64,000 nucleotides of DNA from Amoebophrya sp. A120 (Eukaryota; Protista; Dinoflagellata), in assembly GCA_905178155.1 (NCBI GenBank), contig CAJINV010000003.1, positions 5,547,985 through 5,611,984 of the forward strand. Reading direction: 5' to 3'. The notes below the pieces were generated by a model, which did not search any database, was not told the origin of the DNA, and saw nothing but the letters and a program-made list of their open reading frames with translations. The translations under genes were made by a program, and so were the position numbers. This document shows positions 36,121 to 49,277 of this stretch, in pieces (within the stretch, counting starts at the first letter, position 1; each line of letters opens with the position of its first letter).

Positions 36121-39100
36121 TCAGGCTTTCTTTGGGCTTGTACCGATTGGTGGGGTTGTCGTAGCACTGCTCTGCAGCATATCCAAATGAAGAATCTCCC
36201 CTTCGCAGACTCCTATTTCCTTACGCAAACAGCACCTGTGCTGCGCAAGGGGATTCCACGCATGTTCATCTACATGGCTCGTTGAGGTCTGCAGTAGTGC
36301 AGCTGCGAAGAATTGGTCTCTTGTAGAGGCACACGTGTTTTTACAGATGACCGCCAGAAAAATCTATAACTCCTTGCGTACATAAATCCAGCATCATAAC
36401 TTCCTTTTTGAGTACTTACGTATGGGCAAGTGGGAGGATTTTTCCTTACGATACTGCACTGTTGTGAAGGTCTGACTGAAACGCGTCGTCAAGCCTTCTG
36501 CTTTTTCCTCCACAACGTCTGCTTTGTCCAGAACAGACACCGCTAGGTCATGTCCCCGTTGTCCAAACCTTCCCACGAAAACGTCTTTGCTTTCGCCGCT
36601 GTCCACTAGGTGTCGCACTACGTCTTTGGCCTCCTGGACGGTCTGCACCTTCTGAAACCTCTCACTGTGGTCCATAATGACGGTAAGCTCGTCGGTACTC
36701 AGCTTTTGAGTCGAGAGTCTGGCAGACGCTTCCTCTGCGGCAATCTGTTCTATCAGGTCGGTCATGCCCGGCAGGCCCCGTTGCAGTTCTTCTTCCGTTA
36801 GTTGCTTCACTTTGTAGGTGCCTCGAACTTTCAGCGCAATACCGGTCCAGATCGGAATGATCACGCACACGAAGACGGCCATAATCGCAATTGCGTGCAG
36901 GTGCACCGGTATGCAACCGGGCGACCACGACAGCTCTTTGTGCTGCGACCTGCACTTCTGCTCCGATAAGCGAGAGCTCAAGAAAACCAAATGCATTTCG
37001 AACTGCGGTGCATAGTCTCATCTGCTACCTACTTACTTTTCAACAACTATGTCTATTCACGGTTCTGTAGCAGGTACGTGGCTACTAGTTGGAGATCTGT
37101 TGTAGCCACAAATCAGCATCATTTGAGTAAGGGAAGGATGCATTTCTGTTCATGATATGTCATGTTCGCCAACATAAGCCACCACGTTAGGTTGCTCTGT
37201 CCTACCTGAATCACGGGACGACCGGGCTCCGGTACAACAGTCGGATACCCTGTGTAAAAACGTTCCGCCAATCCCAGACTTGTATGTAATGCAGCTGCAC
37301 ATTTGCACGTCGAACGTGTGCACTTACTTACTTACTTAATTTCGTCCTGCAATCGTCAAGATAGACAAGTGACTCTGCTGCAGCACCGGCGTGCTGCTCC
37401 CCGGTCGGCACTACATAATAAATTGCAGGCTGACGCCTGTCATGCGCAAGCGCAACTCGCAAAAGTTCTGCATTAGTGTAGCAGAGGCAGAGCTCCCATC
37501 CTGATTATGGGGCGGATACACTGTTACACAAGGTATCGGAAAGAACCGATCTACCGGTCGCTGCTTCATGATATACCAACGACCCGGCGTGTCCATCGAA
37601 TCATAATACAGCTGCGTCGCTGCCTATCAAACAGGAAAAGTTCGTTCTTACGATCACTCATCAACGATCTTGCACCACAACAACGTCTGTGCTGCATCAA
37701 AAGGCACCACGGTCCTACTTAATTAATACGTATTTTCGTTTTCGTTTTTCCTTGTTGTGTTTGTGCGACCTGCAAAATTACTAGTGACCCCCCCGACGAA
37801 CTTTTTCCTCTCCATACTACCACTGCTATGACCAAAATAGTCGCGTACCACGCGACTTCGAGCTGCGGTTGCGGATGTGTTTTTTCGTGATTTACCCATG
37901 CGAACATGATAAACGTCTGAGTGCTATTGCTGTCAGTGTCACCAGATTCTTTTAGATTAACCTCTGAGTGTGAACAACCAAGGAAGGCGAGATGACATCA
38001 AGCTCAACGACAATACGGAGGCACATATGATTTCGTTGGAGCATTAGACCCACTGAAACACAAAACAAAAATTGATTGGTATACTATAATGACGAGTACT
38101 ATTTGCTTAAGGTATACCAGATACAGTCCTTTCATGTTGAAGTCGTAGTAGACAAGGAAGATCCAAAGGTCGCGCTTCCACCCGCTTCCCCCCGCATTCT
38201 TCTTCTTTTTCTTGTGGCTCCCGTTCGCGCGAAGCCGTGAATCCTCCTCGCGAGCAAGCTGCTCCTCCGCAGCGCGAGCCTTGCGGCACTTATTCCCTTG
38301 CAAAACGTCACCACTTCCTTCATTGCCATGATGCACATCTCACCATATTGATGAAATTCGCGAGGGAGCACAGGAACACATGCATGTGACCTCTGGAAGA
38401 AAAACGTGCACGCGTGCGCACCTCATGTGGCCCCACAGAAGACACGAGCTTCCGGTCATCGTCCTCGGGCGAGGTCTTTGGTAGAAGTATTGAAAAGGCT
38501 TCCTTCGCCACTGTGATGCCTAGTTTCGATTTCCTTCCGAGCCAGAGATTCCCACGCAATGCAACCAAAACCGCGGAGATCACACTTCAAACGTACCGCC
38601 CAGATTGAAATTTGCGTCAAAACAAATCATAGAAACTTGTTTCGTTTCGCAGGGTGGAAGTAAGCGGTGGCCCTCTTGACAGGGCAGGGCTCCTCTGCCC
38701 CATTACCCCATGTGCACAAAACATACCTGATGGCAGTGTGAGCGCTGAACAAACTGGACGCGAGCATAAGTCACATACAAACCTTTTTCACCATCTAAAT
38801 CTCACTTGCTTCATCTTTTGGTGGCAAGCCCAAGCATCTCTTAGCCAACCACTGGGCCGAATAAGTATGCAACTCGGCTGGTGCTTCGGATATGTTGGAA
38901 TGGGAACGTTTTCACACAGGGTAGCACTCTTGGCGTAGCCAGTCAATGTCAATAACGGTATACTTGTCCGCTACAAGAGCCTTCGCCAGGACCAGCAGCA
39001 TACTGGAGAGGTATACCCACACCCCAAACGAAGCCACGGTGTGGAACTCGCTTTCCCTTGCACGGTAGCGGTCGTCTTCGTGAAACATCACCTGTAGGTA

Positions 39101-42100
39101 TCACAGTACAAAAACAGAGAACTACTCGCACTGGTTTGTCAAGTGTCGTCCTTGTTCGTGGTTCTTCCCTTCGATGTGAAAATACGCTAGGCCGATGTTG
39201 TAAATTAACTCAGAGCTTTATCTATATAGCATCAATCTCATCTAAAGCACGCGCCGGCTTGAACCAGACCTCACAAGACCACGGTCGAAGCGAACCCGTA
39301 CTTGTTTTGATTTTGTTTGCACGAGCAGGAGCAACTACGTGAGCTGTACGCTCTGCACACACAGGACAAAAGCAGGAGCGTTGCTCGTGGCGAAGAAGTT
39401 CCCAGGGATAGCGCATACACCCCATACGCATACCAGCAGAACACAAATTGCACCAGGCACACGGCAAGAAAGCACAGCAAGTATGCGAAGGCCACTCCAA
39501 AGACTCGGATGATGAACGCGCACATCATCCCGCAACAGCCACCTGCGCCTTCGTCACTGCTGTCCGAACTACTAATGGTGCCGCGCGCACTCCGTGCGGA
39601 TGATCCCTCGTCGCTTCTTGCGGCGAGAACGTCAAAACCTCCACTGGAGTAAATTTCTGCATCCGCCGCTTCTCCCTCACCAGCCTCGGCCTGTGCTCGT
39701 TTGTTTCGCTTGTTGTTGAGATCTCCTGCTGACTCAATGTCCAACCGATCGACGTCAGCTTTCAGCTCTGTTGCGACTTTAACTAGGTCCTCGACCTCTT
39801 CTTCGATTTCGTCGAGTTCTGGCACAGCAGCCTCGCCTTCCCCCTCCGCAATCGCCGGTCCACTTTCTTTACAAAGGTGAAAAACTGCTCATACTCTATA
39901 ACAAGAACTGTGTTCCAAGCAGCTAGAAGCGGCCATACCCACGGGGATGATGAAATCACTCCCGAGTGTCAGTTGTACTTGCTTCCATGCGTAGTAGCGC
40001 TCCATAAAAAAGATGCATTTGCGGTGCCATGCCCAGCTCTAACTCCGTCGAGCTCTTATGTGACGTTATTTCCGATAATCTGCTGCCACGAAGCAAGCCT
40101 TCATGTTTTCAAGAACTAAGCCGCAGCGCTACCCCTAGTACGGTAGGGGCCCTACCGCTGCTTCTTGCGCATTAGAGTACGACATGGCAGTCTCGGTCGG
40201 TCCAGCTACCTACGTCGTGTGCACACGGCTCTGCTCTGCATCGCAATCATGGACGCCATTGCAGAAAAGCAGGCCCGCCTCGAGGCCGCCCTCACGATCA
40301 ATCTTAATCTAGAGCGGAGAGAAGATTTTTCACCTGCGAAAGTAAGCTTATTTGCCTTTGACGACAGGACGACGTTCAGGTTGTTCACTTCGTCCGGATC
40401 TTGCTCTCCGGGGCCGGCAAATGACAGCTTAGCTTTGCTGAGTTGGGCCGCGGCTTCGGCCCGTGCGCGTTTCTTGATCTCTTTCTGGAGACGTTTTGTG
40501 CGCTGCTCGAGCTCCTTTGCAGGATCTTCGTCCTCCTCCTTCGAAATCACATCCCTGATGCAAGGTTCCAATCGTGCTCGACAGAAAACTTCTAGCGTCT
40601 GCATGCGCACGAACTAATATTTCACGGTCCATCCAAAGCTTTACAACGTCCTCGATCAACATGAAAAAAGGCAACACCTCCACGGAACCTCCTCGCCGAC
40701 AAAGAAATGCTCATAACAAGTACTGTCCTGAACTTACAATTGGACGAGTAGCAGGTCCTCCTCTAACTGATACATATTTATGTATCGAAAACTAGTTGTA
40801 GTTTGTTGAATGTTCTTCTACGATTGTGGAGCCTGTCTGCGTGACATAAAACGACAGAGACTGCAACACGGCACTCCCGAGCGTCTTATCAAATGTAAAA
40901 ATGTCTGGGTCTGGAAAAGTGGAGCTTGTAATGCGTGTCATGCATTCCTGGAAAATCTGTGTTGCATGAGCAGCAAAAGAGAGGCTTTCTTTGTCATGCA
41001 AGAACGCAATTTGCAATGCGTGCTAGGCATCAGAAGGCCTCTCAAAAACTTGTCATGCTTGGCTGCCATTGGAAGCGCTTCAATCATGCGCAATTCAGCA
41101 TCACAAGTTTCCAGACCCAGACATTTTTACAATCCATACGTCTCAGCCATGCGCAACTGGATCGCGAGGGTGTCCGAGCCCGAGAAGACGAAGTTGACGA
41201 AGCCCCCCTTGTACCGCGTCTGCACGTCCCCCAGTGGGCCTAAGGCAAACTGCCCCTTGTGCTCGGGATACACGTCCAGGTCGGCCTCCTCAAAGCCCTC
41301 CATGTCCATCCCGAGCGACTGCATCTGCGAGAGACCCTCTACGTACTTGAAGAATGCCGTTGCTGCGGGTGGTGCGGCTTCTCCGAAAGCCGGCGTGGCA
41401 GAGGCTGGCGCTGGCAAAGTAGCCTCACCAGCGCGAGGAGGACCCCCTGGCTCAGGAGGAGGAGGTGCAGGAACTTCTACATCAGAATCCTTTACTACAT
41501 CGGCCGCAGCTCGTTTCCTTGCTGGGCGTCCATCCGAGAGCAATGGAACTCGCTCTGCGCTCGCACCAGCTTCGCCAAACACCGCATCTTCATCGTCATC
41601 CTCTGGCTCTGCGCGCGCTCGTGCATCCTCATAGTTTCCATTACTTGTCCGACCGCTCGAGAGTGCACTGTCTGCAGATCTTACAAAACCGAAAACAATC
41701 TTCGACATACAAAAACTGAAGAGAATCGATAAGCTGTGGTCGAATCTCCATACTCAAAATAGCTACCCGCCAAGCCGGAGAAAAACAAATCTTCATTAGG
41801 AATGAGTTTCAGCACGAATGAAATCAAATTGGGCGAGTGAACGGCTTCAAATTTTGAAAATTCGAATTTAAGTTTCAAATCTGCAACTGCATACTTAAGC
41901 AGAAAATTCTTGCATGACAAAGATATTTTCAGGGCGATAGAACCGCTCTCTAGTACTGAAAAAAACCGCTGCTCCGCTGCGACAGCGTCGTCCTTGTCCG
42001 ATGCGACTTGCTGTGCGAACGTCGGGGGAACAGCAATTGATTTTCTGTCCCCGTCGCCACCTGTGATGCTGGGTCCACCCTTGACGAAGGTAGTGCTACT

Positions 42101-42526
42101 CAAACTCGACCGGTCAACATCACCAGCTGTGCCGGGGACGACAATTGTGTTTGGGACGGATGTGGAGAGGTTTGATGTTGACGTGTCGACCGCTCCTAAC
42201 GGTTCCGCGGGGGCAGCACCGGCGGCGCCAGTGGGTGCAGCACCGGCGGGGTAGATCGACGGGCCAAGCGGATTGTTGGCATTGTGTGCGAAATCGCCAC
42301 TGGACGTAGTACCTACAGCACCGGTACCACCCGTATTGGTATCTGCTGGATTCTTGCTCTGCAAAAAGCTCGCCTGGTCGCCACCATCCGCATCTCCCGT
42401 GCCAGCCTGGCCGGGACTAGGTTTGCGTTTTGGGAGGTTCGCAGTCAGGCTCGGGCTCGGATCATCCATTTTAAGCCCCGCCGCATCGGCATCATTCACC
42501 CGCCCACATTTTTCCTTACGCCCCAC
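36121..42526 (-). CDS. Hypothetical multi-exon polytopic membrane protein(s)
   Basis: Chain of minus ORFs (41681-42526, 41127-41708, 40206-40610, 39271-39825, 38004-38336, 36394-36996) with hydrophobic segments (FGVAFAYLLCFLAVCLVQFVFCW; IVLVIIVYQSIFVLCF; IAIMAVFVCVIIPIW); three junctions restored by introner removal; may be more than one gene. Confidence 0.55.
36180..36453 (-). mobile_element. Degenerate introner intron
   Basis: tatccaaatgaagaatctcccc / gggaggatttttccttacgata; DR cagca/ctgca; gives TTVQ|QSSATT...KKA*. Confidence 0.6.
37246..37535 (-). mobile_element. Non-canonical introner intron, family C
   Basis: taccctgtgtaaaaacgttccgcc / ggcggatacactgttacacaaggta; perfect DR tcgga at 37241-37245 and 37536-37540; gives RFFP|TVVPEPG. 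Confidence 0.8.
40887..41138 (-). mobile_element. Non-canonical introner intron, family A
   Basis: TIR tgtaaaaatgtctgggtctggaaa; DR cgtct at 40882-40886 and 41139-41143; removing 257 nt joins MAET|LGSAVLQ. Confidence 0.93.
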
Positions 42527-42997
42527 AAAAGAAAGAACCTCATAAAGAACCTCAACCTCCTCACATCAGAAAACCAAGGGAAGAACCAAAGCCGCGCAAG
42601 ACGAATGCGTCTGTCACTTTTCGCTTCATCTGTCGGCTCTTTCTCAACATCTAAATTCCGTGTGGTTGCATGCTCAACTTTCCAATCGCATTGACTTGGC
42701 GTCCCTCGAATTCCTCTCCTCGCCCTGCCACACATCTTTGTCGTAAGTCGACTATTCCAATACAAAAGCTGTACTAGCGGTTTTTGACAAGAACCTACTA
42801 GCAGCGCACAAATCCATGACTCCGCATGGATTATACTTTGTAGCTGTACCAAGCAGCGACACGACTCGTGGAACACATATTTGGCCAACTCTTGCCATCG
42901 ATGTCAGATTTTAAATCCGTTTATTTCAAGCGCACAAACGCTCGCAATTTGTGTATGACGCCATAAATAGAGAGCACAAAGTCGCTAATACTTCCTG

Positions 42998-45469
42998 TTA
43001 GTCACACCTGGTGGTCGCTTGTTTTCTTCTTTTGAAAGAGAGCGGCTTCCGCACCCCGGACCAAAAGCTGCTCTGCTCTTCAATTTCCGGGCCGCGACCG
43101 GGTCCTTGGCCCAGCCCACTTGCAGTTTCGCCACTGGATTGCGCAAGATTGGAAGTGGTCGGTCCAGCACTTTTACCTTCCACCTGGGCTTCGTCGCCTT
43201 CCACTTTCCCCCCTGCCGCGCCGTCGGCGGTACTCGGACAGCTGTTGCTTCCAATCGCATCTCCCTGTTCGGGGGCAGTCCTCTTGTTCATCCGCTGCGC
43301 CAATGGTGCGGCTTCTACAGTCCTCGTGAGGCCACTTGTGCAACTTTTCCGCCTCTCCTCGCCTAGACAAAAATCGTCCTCGCCCAGCTGCCCCGCGTGA
43401 CGCAGAGCCGCATCGAATTCGGCAGCCATCGTGTCCCGCAATTCGCACGGAATCCCACTGATTTGGTCCGGCTTCTGGTGCAGAAACTTCCGCACGTCGG
43501 GCAATATAGCGCTGGGACAAAAATTCTCGGTCACCGCGATAGTATCGTCCTCGAGGTTGACCACGGCGTGCCACCATCCCTTCGGCACGAATACGAGCTC
43601 GCCGGCACGACACACGCCCTCGCGTGGGCCACCACAACTTCGTCCTGGCTGCGAACAGGAAACACCACCCCACGACCCGTCCGCGCCGCGAGGTCCTCGC
43701 ACAGGCGGTTTAGTGGAAATATCGCTCGACATCATCGTAGTGCCCTGTCCGGAAGATGATGAGGAGGTGCAAAGCCCGGCGCCGGTTTGCGCTGCAACCT
43801 TGTTGCTGCTGGTGGTCCTTCCCGCCTGGTATAACTCCTCGAATTCCCGGTAGAAATTGATGAGCCACTCCATCAGACTCACAGGCTGGCAAACCTCCGC
43901 GCCATCGGTAGATTGCTTCACCCCGGGAGGCTCCACGTGCGGTGGCAAGAAAAACCACTTTTTGGCTCCGGAAAGAACCAGGTTCACGGCAGAGGTAAGA
44001 TTGGGATCCTTGTGCCACTTGCTTCCAGACCGCGCATTGCCAACCAGAAGCCAGCGGTTATCGGGTCGGTAACAACGCCGCGGACCTGAGGAGGAAAGTT
44101 TCCTGCAATTGCTTGTGGATGTGGTCTCCCCCTGATTATAATTTTCGTTAGAAGTACACGCGTGCCGTGTATCCATTTCCGTGGCGAAGCTGCACGGTTT
44201 CTCACCTTCTAACACGTCAAATAGGTCGGTCCACAGGTGCGGCGGCGGCGGCCTTTGGTCATCGCAATCTTCTCGTCCTGCTGCGCTTTCCGAAGTTACT
44301 GCCATATCGCGCAGATATTTGCCGGACGCCGCTCGGCTGAGCTGCGGGCATTTGCGATTCAGATGCTTGTCAAACACAAATAGCGGTGTCTCGTCCGAGG
44401 TGACGGTCTTTGCGTAGCAACGCCACTGCCTCAGCGTCATTTGCACCCCGCCACAGATGAAAGTTTGCTCAGCGTGCCTGGCAAAGAAATCCTCCTTCGA
44501 AAACACGTTTCCCTTCGTGTCCGTGGAGTTATTTGTCGTCGTGGCGCATTCTTCTACAAGAACAGCATCTCTGTTGTAGTCGTGCGCGTCGCGGATAAGT
44601 TCCACCGGACAGTCTTCCAGAACAAAGGGCTCGCTACACTCAAAGTGCTCCCGACGCACGTCGCAGTACCGTATGCGCCGCAGCGTTTGCTTTGCGATCC
44701 ACTCAGGCCGCATCTCCAGCGACGCGCAAAAGTACGGCTGATACAGGAGATCTGAAAACAGTGGCTGCCCTGCGAATCTTCGTTCCAGCGGAAGCGCAGG
44801 AACTGGAGTGGCAGTCGCCGCCGCCGTGCTGGCAGGAGAAGGCGGAGTCGAAGTGCAGCCGGAGGCCTTTTCATCTATATCGGCACAGACGCAGCTGTCG
44901 TCGGGTTGAGCGACCACTGCCGAAGCACCCTTTGTCCTTTTCACAATTGTGTCGCGCCAGGTCCGGCCCCACTGATTGCTTTCCGGCCACGCGGTCCGCA
45001 AGTTTTTCGCTTTGCCATGATGCGTTGCCGCATCTTTCTTCGCTTTCCTCGTCACTACGGGCGCCGCGCTTTTCACGTCATTTCGGCTGTTCAGCCGGTT
45101 GAGCTCAGCGTGACCAAACTGACGCCAAGGCTCGTCATTGGCGTGCACGTACTGATAAAGCACGCTTGAGGCGGGTGCCAACGCGGTCGCGAGGTCTGGC
45201 AAGGCCAGAAACTCCAGGACATGGCTCAGCAACACCTCCTCGGGTAGCCGGCCAAGGAAAGGCCCGAGCCCCGCACGCTTTCGGAGGCGATAACTTTTCC
45301 CGCCGTCCTCCAGAAAAAACGCGTTGCCAGCCGGCTGGACGTTGCACCGGTTCGTCACTGAGACGCTTGCATCCAACTCGTGACCACCCTCGTGTGATGC
45401 TTCACCGTCTGACAGCCCCACGCCTACATCGTCCGCAGCGGGGGCCTGCTCCCCTGATGGAAACGCCAT
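42998..45469 (-). CDS. F-box + JmjC domain protein (JMJD6-like 2OG-Fe(II) oxygenase family)
   Basis: F-box LGRLPEEVLLSHVLEFL; FSDLLYQPYFC; JmjC RWLLVGNARSGSKWHKDPNLTSAVN (HxD) and GELVFVPKGWWHAVVNL; 823-aa uninterrupted ORF. Confidence 0.9.
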   Translation of the reverse strand: MAFPSGEQAPAADDVGVGLSDGEASHEGGHELDASVSVTNRCNVQPAGNAFFLEDGGKSYRLRKRAGLGPFLGRLPEEVLLSHVLEFLALPDLATALAPASSVLYQYVHANDEPWRQFGHAELNRLNSRNDVKSAAPVVTRKAKKDAATHHGKAKNLRTAWPESNQWGRTWRDTIVKRTKGASAVVAQPDDSCVCADIDEKASGCTSTPPSPASTAAATATPVPALPLERRFAGQPLFSDLLYQPYFCASLEMRPEWIAKQTLRRIRYCDVRREHFECSEPFVLEDCPVELIRDAHDYNRDAVLVEECATTTNNSTDTKGNVFSKEDFFARHAEQTFICGGVQMTLRQWRCYAKTVTSDETPLFVFDKHLNRKCPQLSRAASGKYLRDMAVTSESAAGREDCDDQRPPPPHLWTDLFDVLEGEKPCSFATEMDTRHACTSNENYNQGETTSTSNCRKLSSSGPRRCYRPDNRWLLVGNARSGSKWHKDPNLTSAVNLVLSGAKKWFFLPPHVEPPGVKQSTDGAEVCQPVSLMEWLINFYREFEELYQAGRTTSSNKVAAQTGAGLCTSSSSSGQGTTMMSSDISTKPPVRGPRGADGSWGGVSCSQPGRSCGGPREGVCRAGELVFVPKGWWHAVVNLEDDTIAVTENFCPSAILPDVRKFLHQKPDQISGIPCELRDTMAAEFDAALRHAGQLGEDDFCLGEERRKSCTSGLTRTVEAAPLAQRMNKRTAPEQGDAIGSNSCPSTADGAAGGKVEGDEAQVEGKSAGPTTSNLAQSSGETASGLGQGPGRGPEIEEQSSFWSGVRKPLSFKRRKQATTRCD

Positions 45470-46478
45470 TTGCTCTTCGATGCTCGACTCAGAAGATGTC
45501 CCTCAAGGAGAGTTAGAATGTCGTGTCGCTGTGAAGATGCTTGTAGTTTGCTGTTGAAGGAGTCGATAGTACACCTATTTGATCATCAAATATCATCTGT
45601 AATGTCTACATTTCTCCAAAAAAGTATTTGAGCATCAAATGTCTACTCTACGTATCTCGGTCGAGCGACTGCAACACGCACGACAGTGATTAACATACAG
45701 TGTTCCACCTTCACCAAAGGATTCCCTGTTGAAGCATCGCCTGCAAATTATCGACACACTCCGTGTGTCCTAGATCGAAGATGATCCAGTGTCTTTCTTG
45801 GATCCTTTGACCTCTTCCACTATGTTAATACTCTGTCGGGTGGATCGCAGCTCATTTAAAGATCCATTTAGATCTGATTGATTTGCAGATTGAAACACAG
45901 TCTACTATTCTGCTTTGCTCAGAGGGTGTTTTTTGCACGTATGCAGTTTTGGGACCTAGGGCAGGAGACAGCTATAGCTTCAGAACCCGACGCATCTTTC
46001 TGTTTCTATGTCTTGTACATACGCTCAGTACATTTCGATGGACCGTTTGACCTTGCGCGAGCTTAGAACCAGTGAACCAAGCGTGAAGACAAGAAGGCAA
46101 AAAACGCAAACCGCACGGTTTTCTTTCACGCCCTCCACGGAGTAGCGGCGCTTCGATCTTTGAACGAGGAAATTGGCTACTGGCCTGATGAATTGCTGCT
46201 CCTTGTTGAACATGCGTGCGCACACATTCAGCATGTATGACTCAATTCACACTCATGGCGGGGACGAGAATGCTTTTCAGAGGCCGTAATCATGGTTCGA
46301 AACTTCAATTGCAATGCATCTGAAAAAGTGAAGAGCTGACATCTTACACAGGGTACTTTTCATCCTGCAGAAGCAGAAGCACGGCTGGCTATGTAGTAGG
46401 TGAAGTGGATCCGTCCCCGAGCCGGCGGCCTGTCCCACCAAAAAGTTGATTGTTCGGGTTCTTTTTGGCGTGCACTCC

Positions 46479-47027
46479 TCACTGCCACGACTGCTCCGCC
46501 GTGTCGTTTGCTTCCTCCGCGGCTGCGGGTGTACTGCCGTCGGACGACCACGGAAAACTGCTGAACCAGGATGGCTGGTCGTCTCCTTGCGCGCCGCCGG
46601 CAGCTGCGCCTGTGGTTGTTCCTAGTTGATCCTGCTCTCCTTGTTCTCGTCGTCGGTCCTCACGCTCGCGGCACTCGGGGCAGAGGATATCGCTGTGGCT
46701 TTCGACCGCGTCGCAAATCCCGTCACTGGCCGCTGCCCCCGCCACACTGCCGCCGATGGCGCCGGTGATGGCGCCCGTGAGGGCCCCAAACAGCGTGCCG
46801 ACGCCCGGAAAGATCGCCGTTCCCACAGCCGCACCCGCCATCGAACCGCCGTAGGACGTCGCTAGAGACCCGCTGATGGCGGCCCCCGTGCGCCACCCCT
46901 CCCGGTGCTCCACCGCTTTTGGCAGCTGTCGGCCGCACCGCGCACACACCTTCCGCGTCTCGGTCACCGTCACCTGCCGCTCCACCGTCACGTACCGCGG
47001 GCCGCTACTGTCGTCTGAAGAATACAT
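46479..47027 (-). CDS. Glycine-zipper membrane protein flanked by two CxxC motifs
   Basis: CARC ... GGSMAGAAVGTAIFPGVGTLFGALTGAITGAIGGSVAG ... CPEC; ATG start; GC-rich codon usage. Confidence 0.75.
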   Translation of the reverse strand: MYSSDDSSGPRYVTVERQVTVTETRKVCARCGRQLPKAVEHREGWRTGAAISGSLATSYGGSMAGAAVGTAIFPGVGTLFGALTGAITGAIGGSVAGAAASDGICDAVESHSDILCPECREREDRRREQGEQDQLGTTTGAAAGGAQGDDQPSWFSSFPWSSDGSTPAAAEEANDTAEQSWQ

Positions 47028-48326
47028 GCTATGACGTGCGTGGAATAAAGAGCTTGGGGTGAGGGCTTTCTTTACAGCTATTTACATTCTGGCTTGGGCT
47101 TCGCTAGAACGTAGTACAGGGGCTGCAGCTATCTGCAGATTTCTTTTCTTTCGAGAGGGGAAGAAGCACAGCGTGTATTTGAGATTGCTTACTGGGAGGT
47201 CGCTGTCGTAATTTTTTGTAAGCAGCCCAAAGTTCAGCGAATTTTTCTCACAGAAACAGCTGCTGCCCTTGCTCCGCAGAGGAGCACCATGGACACAGTA
47301 GAACCGCAATTGCTACGTCTACGAGCCTATGGATTCGGGATCGGTGAAGCCAGGGGATCGATTCCTATTTGCAGCAATTCGAATTTGCAGGCCGGAGATC
47401 TACTTTCGAGTTCTTTGATCCCGATGACCTTGACCGAATCAAAACAACTTTTAGCCCGATCATCCTCGGGACTCCGCTACTCCTTAAGGATCTGTCGCGG
47501 TTTCGTGTTGTGCGAACACATGCCACCTGCATTAGGCCGATATCACAATTAAAAGTGAGGCACTGGCACAACGCGCATGCTCATTTACTCTCTTTCGGTC
47601 TCGATGAGCTTTTGTACAGGCACTGGTGAAACCAAAACAATGATCTCCACCATCAAGAGGCGGCTCGTCTCACCAAACTTGTATACACAAGGAAGCGCTT
47701 TAGGGCGTACAAAATTCGCAAGAGCTTGAGCCTATATCTTGATAAAAATCACGATTCGTCGGTGGCACACGCGAACGCGCACCTCCGTCATATCAACATA
47801 TAAACTTTTCTTTGAAAACAACAAATCAAATATTCGATCGGAAGGCAACTAAACGAAGTGGATGGCGCGTCTCTGAAAATGTTGGAAACTGTGAAGAATA
47901 AGATAACATGTAAACACATGTAGAAACACAAAAAAATGCGAAAAGTCAAACAGATACAAAAAATCTTTCCAAACTGGTGTATTATCGCCTGTGGTTTCCG
48001 GCCACTGACTCCAAACAAGAAAATGCAAACTCATACTCACGTTCTGTCAAACAACAAAAAAGAGAAAAAAGTCATAGGTACGTACTGATACTAGTCAAAC
48101 AAAAAATGCTGATGCAAAGAAAGAGAAATGCGTAAACTATGTTGTTAATCAAACAAAGCATAAACCGAACAAACTGTCCATGAGAACTCTAATTTTTCGT
48201 CTGCCCTCCTGCTTGGCGCGGCCCCACCCAACCGCTACGAAGAAAACATCTTGGAAATTGCGCGTCTCCTAGCCGTACTTCTCATCGTCTCTGACGTTCA
48301 GACACAGCGATTATAGCCGTATCTCC

Positions 48327-49232
48327 TCACTTGCTCGTACTTTTCTCCTCGTTTTTGCCGTACCGAGCAGCGCGCTTCTGTTTCAGGTGGATCAGTTTGT
48401 CGGTGAGCTCGGCCATGCGCGACCGGTCGTCGTGCCACTTTCGGTACGTGACCAGCATTCGCTCCTTCAAATACGGGTTCTGGTTGTTACCTTTAGTGTG
48501 TGTTGGTAACTCATCAAATTCGTGCTAGTACATATTCTCAATATTTGAAAACTGCAACTAGCTGCCACAGCACGCAGTCACTATCTTTGTGCCTATAGAA
48601 GAAACTGCAACAGGGGGAGGCACGCAATAGCAAGAAACAACTGTGAGAACACTATAAATACAGTAGGTGTTGAACGCCCCTTCCGGCCAGAACTGAGTTT
48701 TGTCTTCGGCGTTCGGTGGTAGTTTCATGCCATAGAGCTGCTCGATCTGCTCGTGATGCACTTCGTTGAACGCCGGCTGGCACTTTTCGACCCGCAGAAA
48801 AAACGAGTTGTCCTTCCGCATCACGCCCAGTGGGATGCCTTGCTCCGCAGTGAAGGTGATGAGCTTATGCAGATGAAAAAAGGCCATAGTAATGCTGCGA
48901 GTGCTGCACTGCTTCAAATTGCAAACCGGTACGATCTCTCTACGTTTCTTATTCTTTTTCTTTCCATTCTCAGACACATTAATTGATGCCTCTCCCTGGT
49001 CGTGGTCCTCTCTCCTAGGCGGAAATGAGGAAGAATGCCAAAGACAATGGTGCAACTACTGGCTCTGGGCCCGGCTGTGCCGTTGTGCTAAAAAAATGCA
49101 GTCGATTGTTGCATGCAGCAAATTCATCTTGCAGGACCCGCAGCTGTCTATAACTTTTTTATCCCATGATAACTTCCGAGCGCCATCTTCAGGGACTTCG
49201 GTCCTACAGTTGGGCACGGGTCTGCTCGCCAT
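48327..49232 (-). CDS. Hypothetical multi-exon protein
   Basis: Coding-like segments MASRPVPNCRTEVPEDG..., ITFTAEQGIPLGVMRKDNSFF...AFNTYC and EFDELPTH...NPYLKERMLVTYRKWHDDRSRMAEL; junctions unresolved. Confidence 0.5.
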
Positions 49233-49277
49233 TCCTTTGTGTAGGTTTTTGTTTTCTTTTTTTTGGAAACTGATGAG

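Noticed and set aside
40810-41634. Recurrent peptides FQTQT / KCKNVWVWK / QVSRPRH in scattered ORFs as a protein motif
   Set aside because: These are translations of the family A TIR, not a protein domain
48530-48655. Possible introner with ttctca/tgagaa inverted repeat
   Set aside because: Could not restore the frame with the +5 rule; boundaries unresolved
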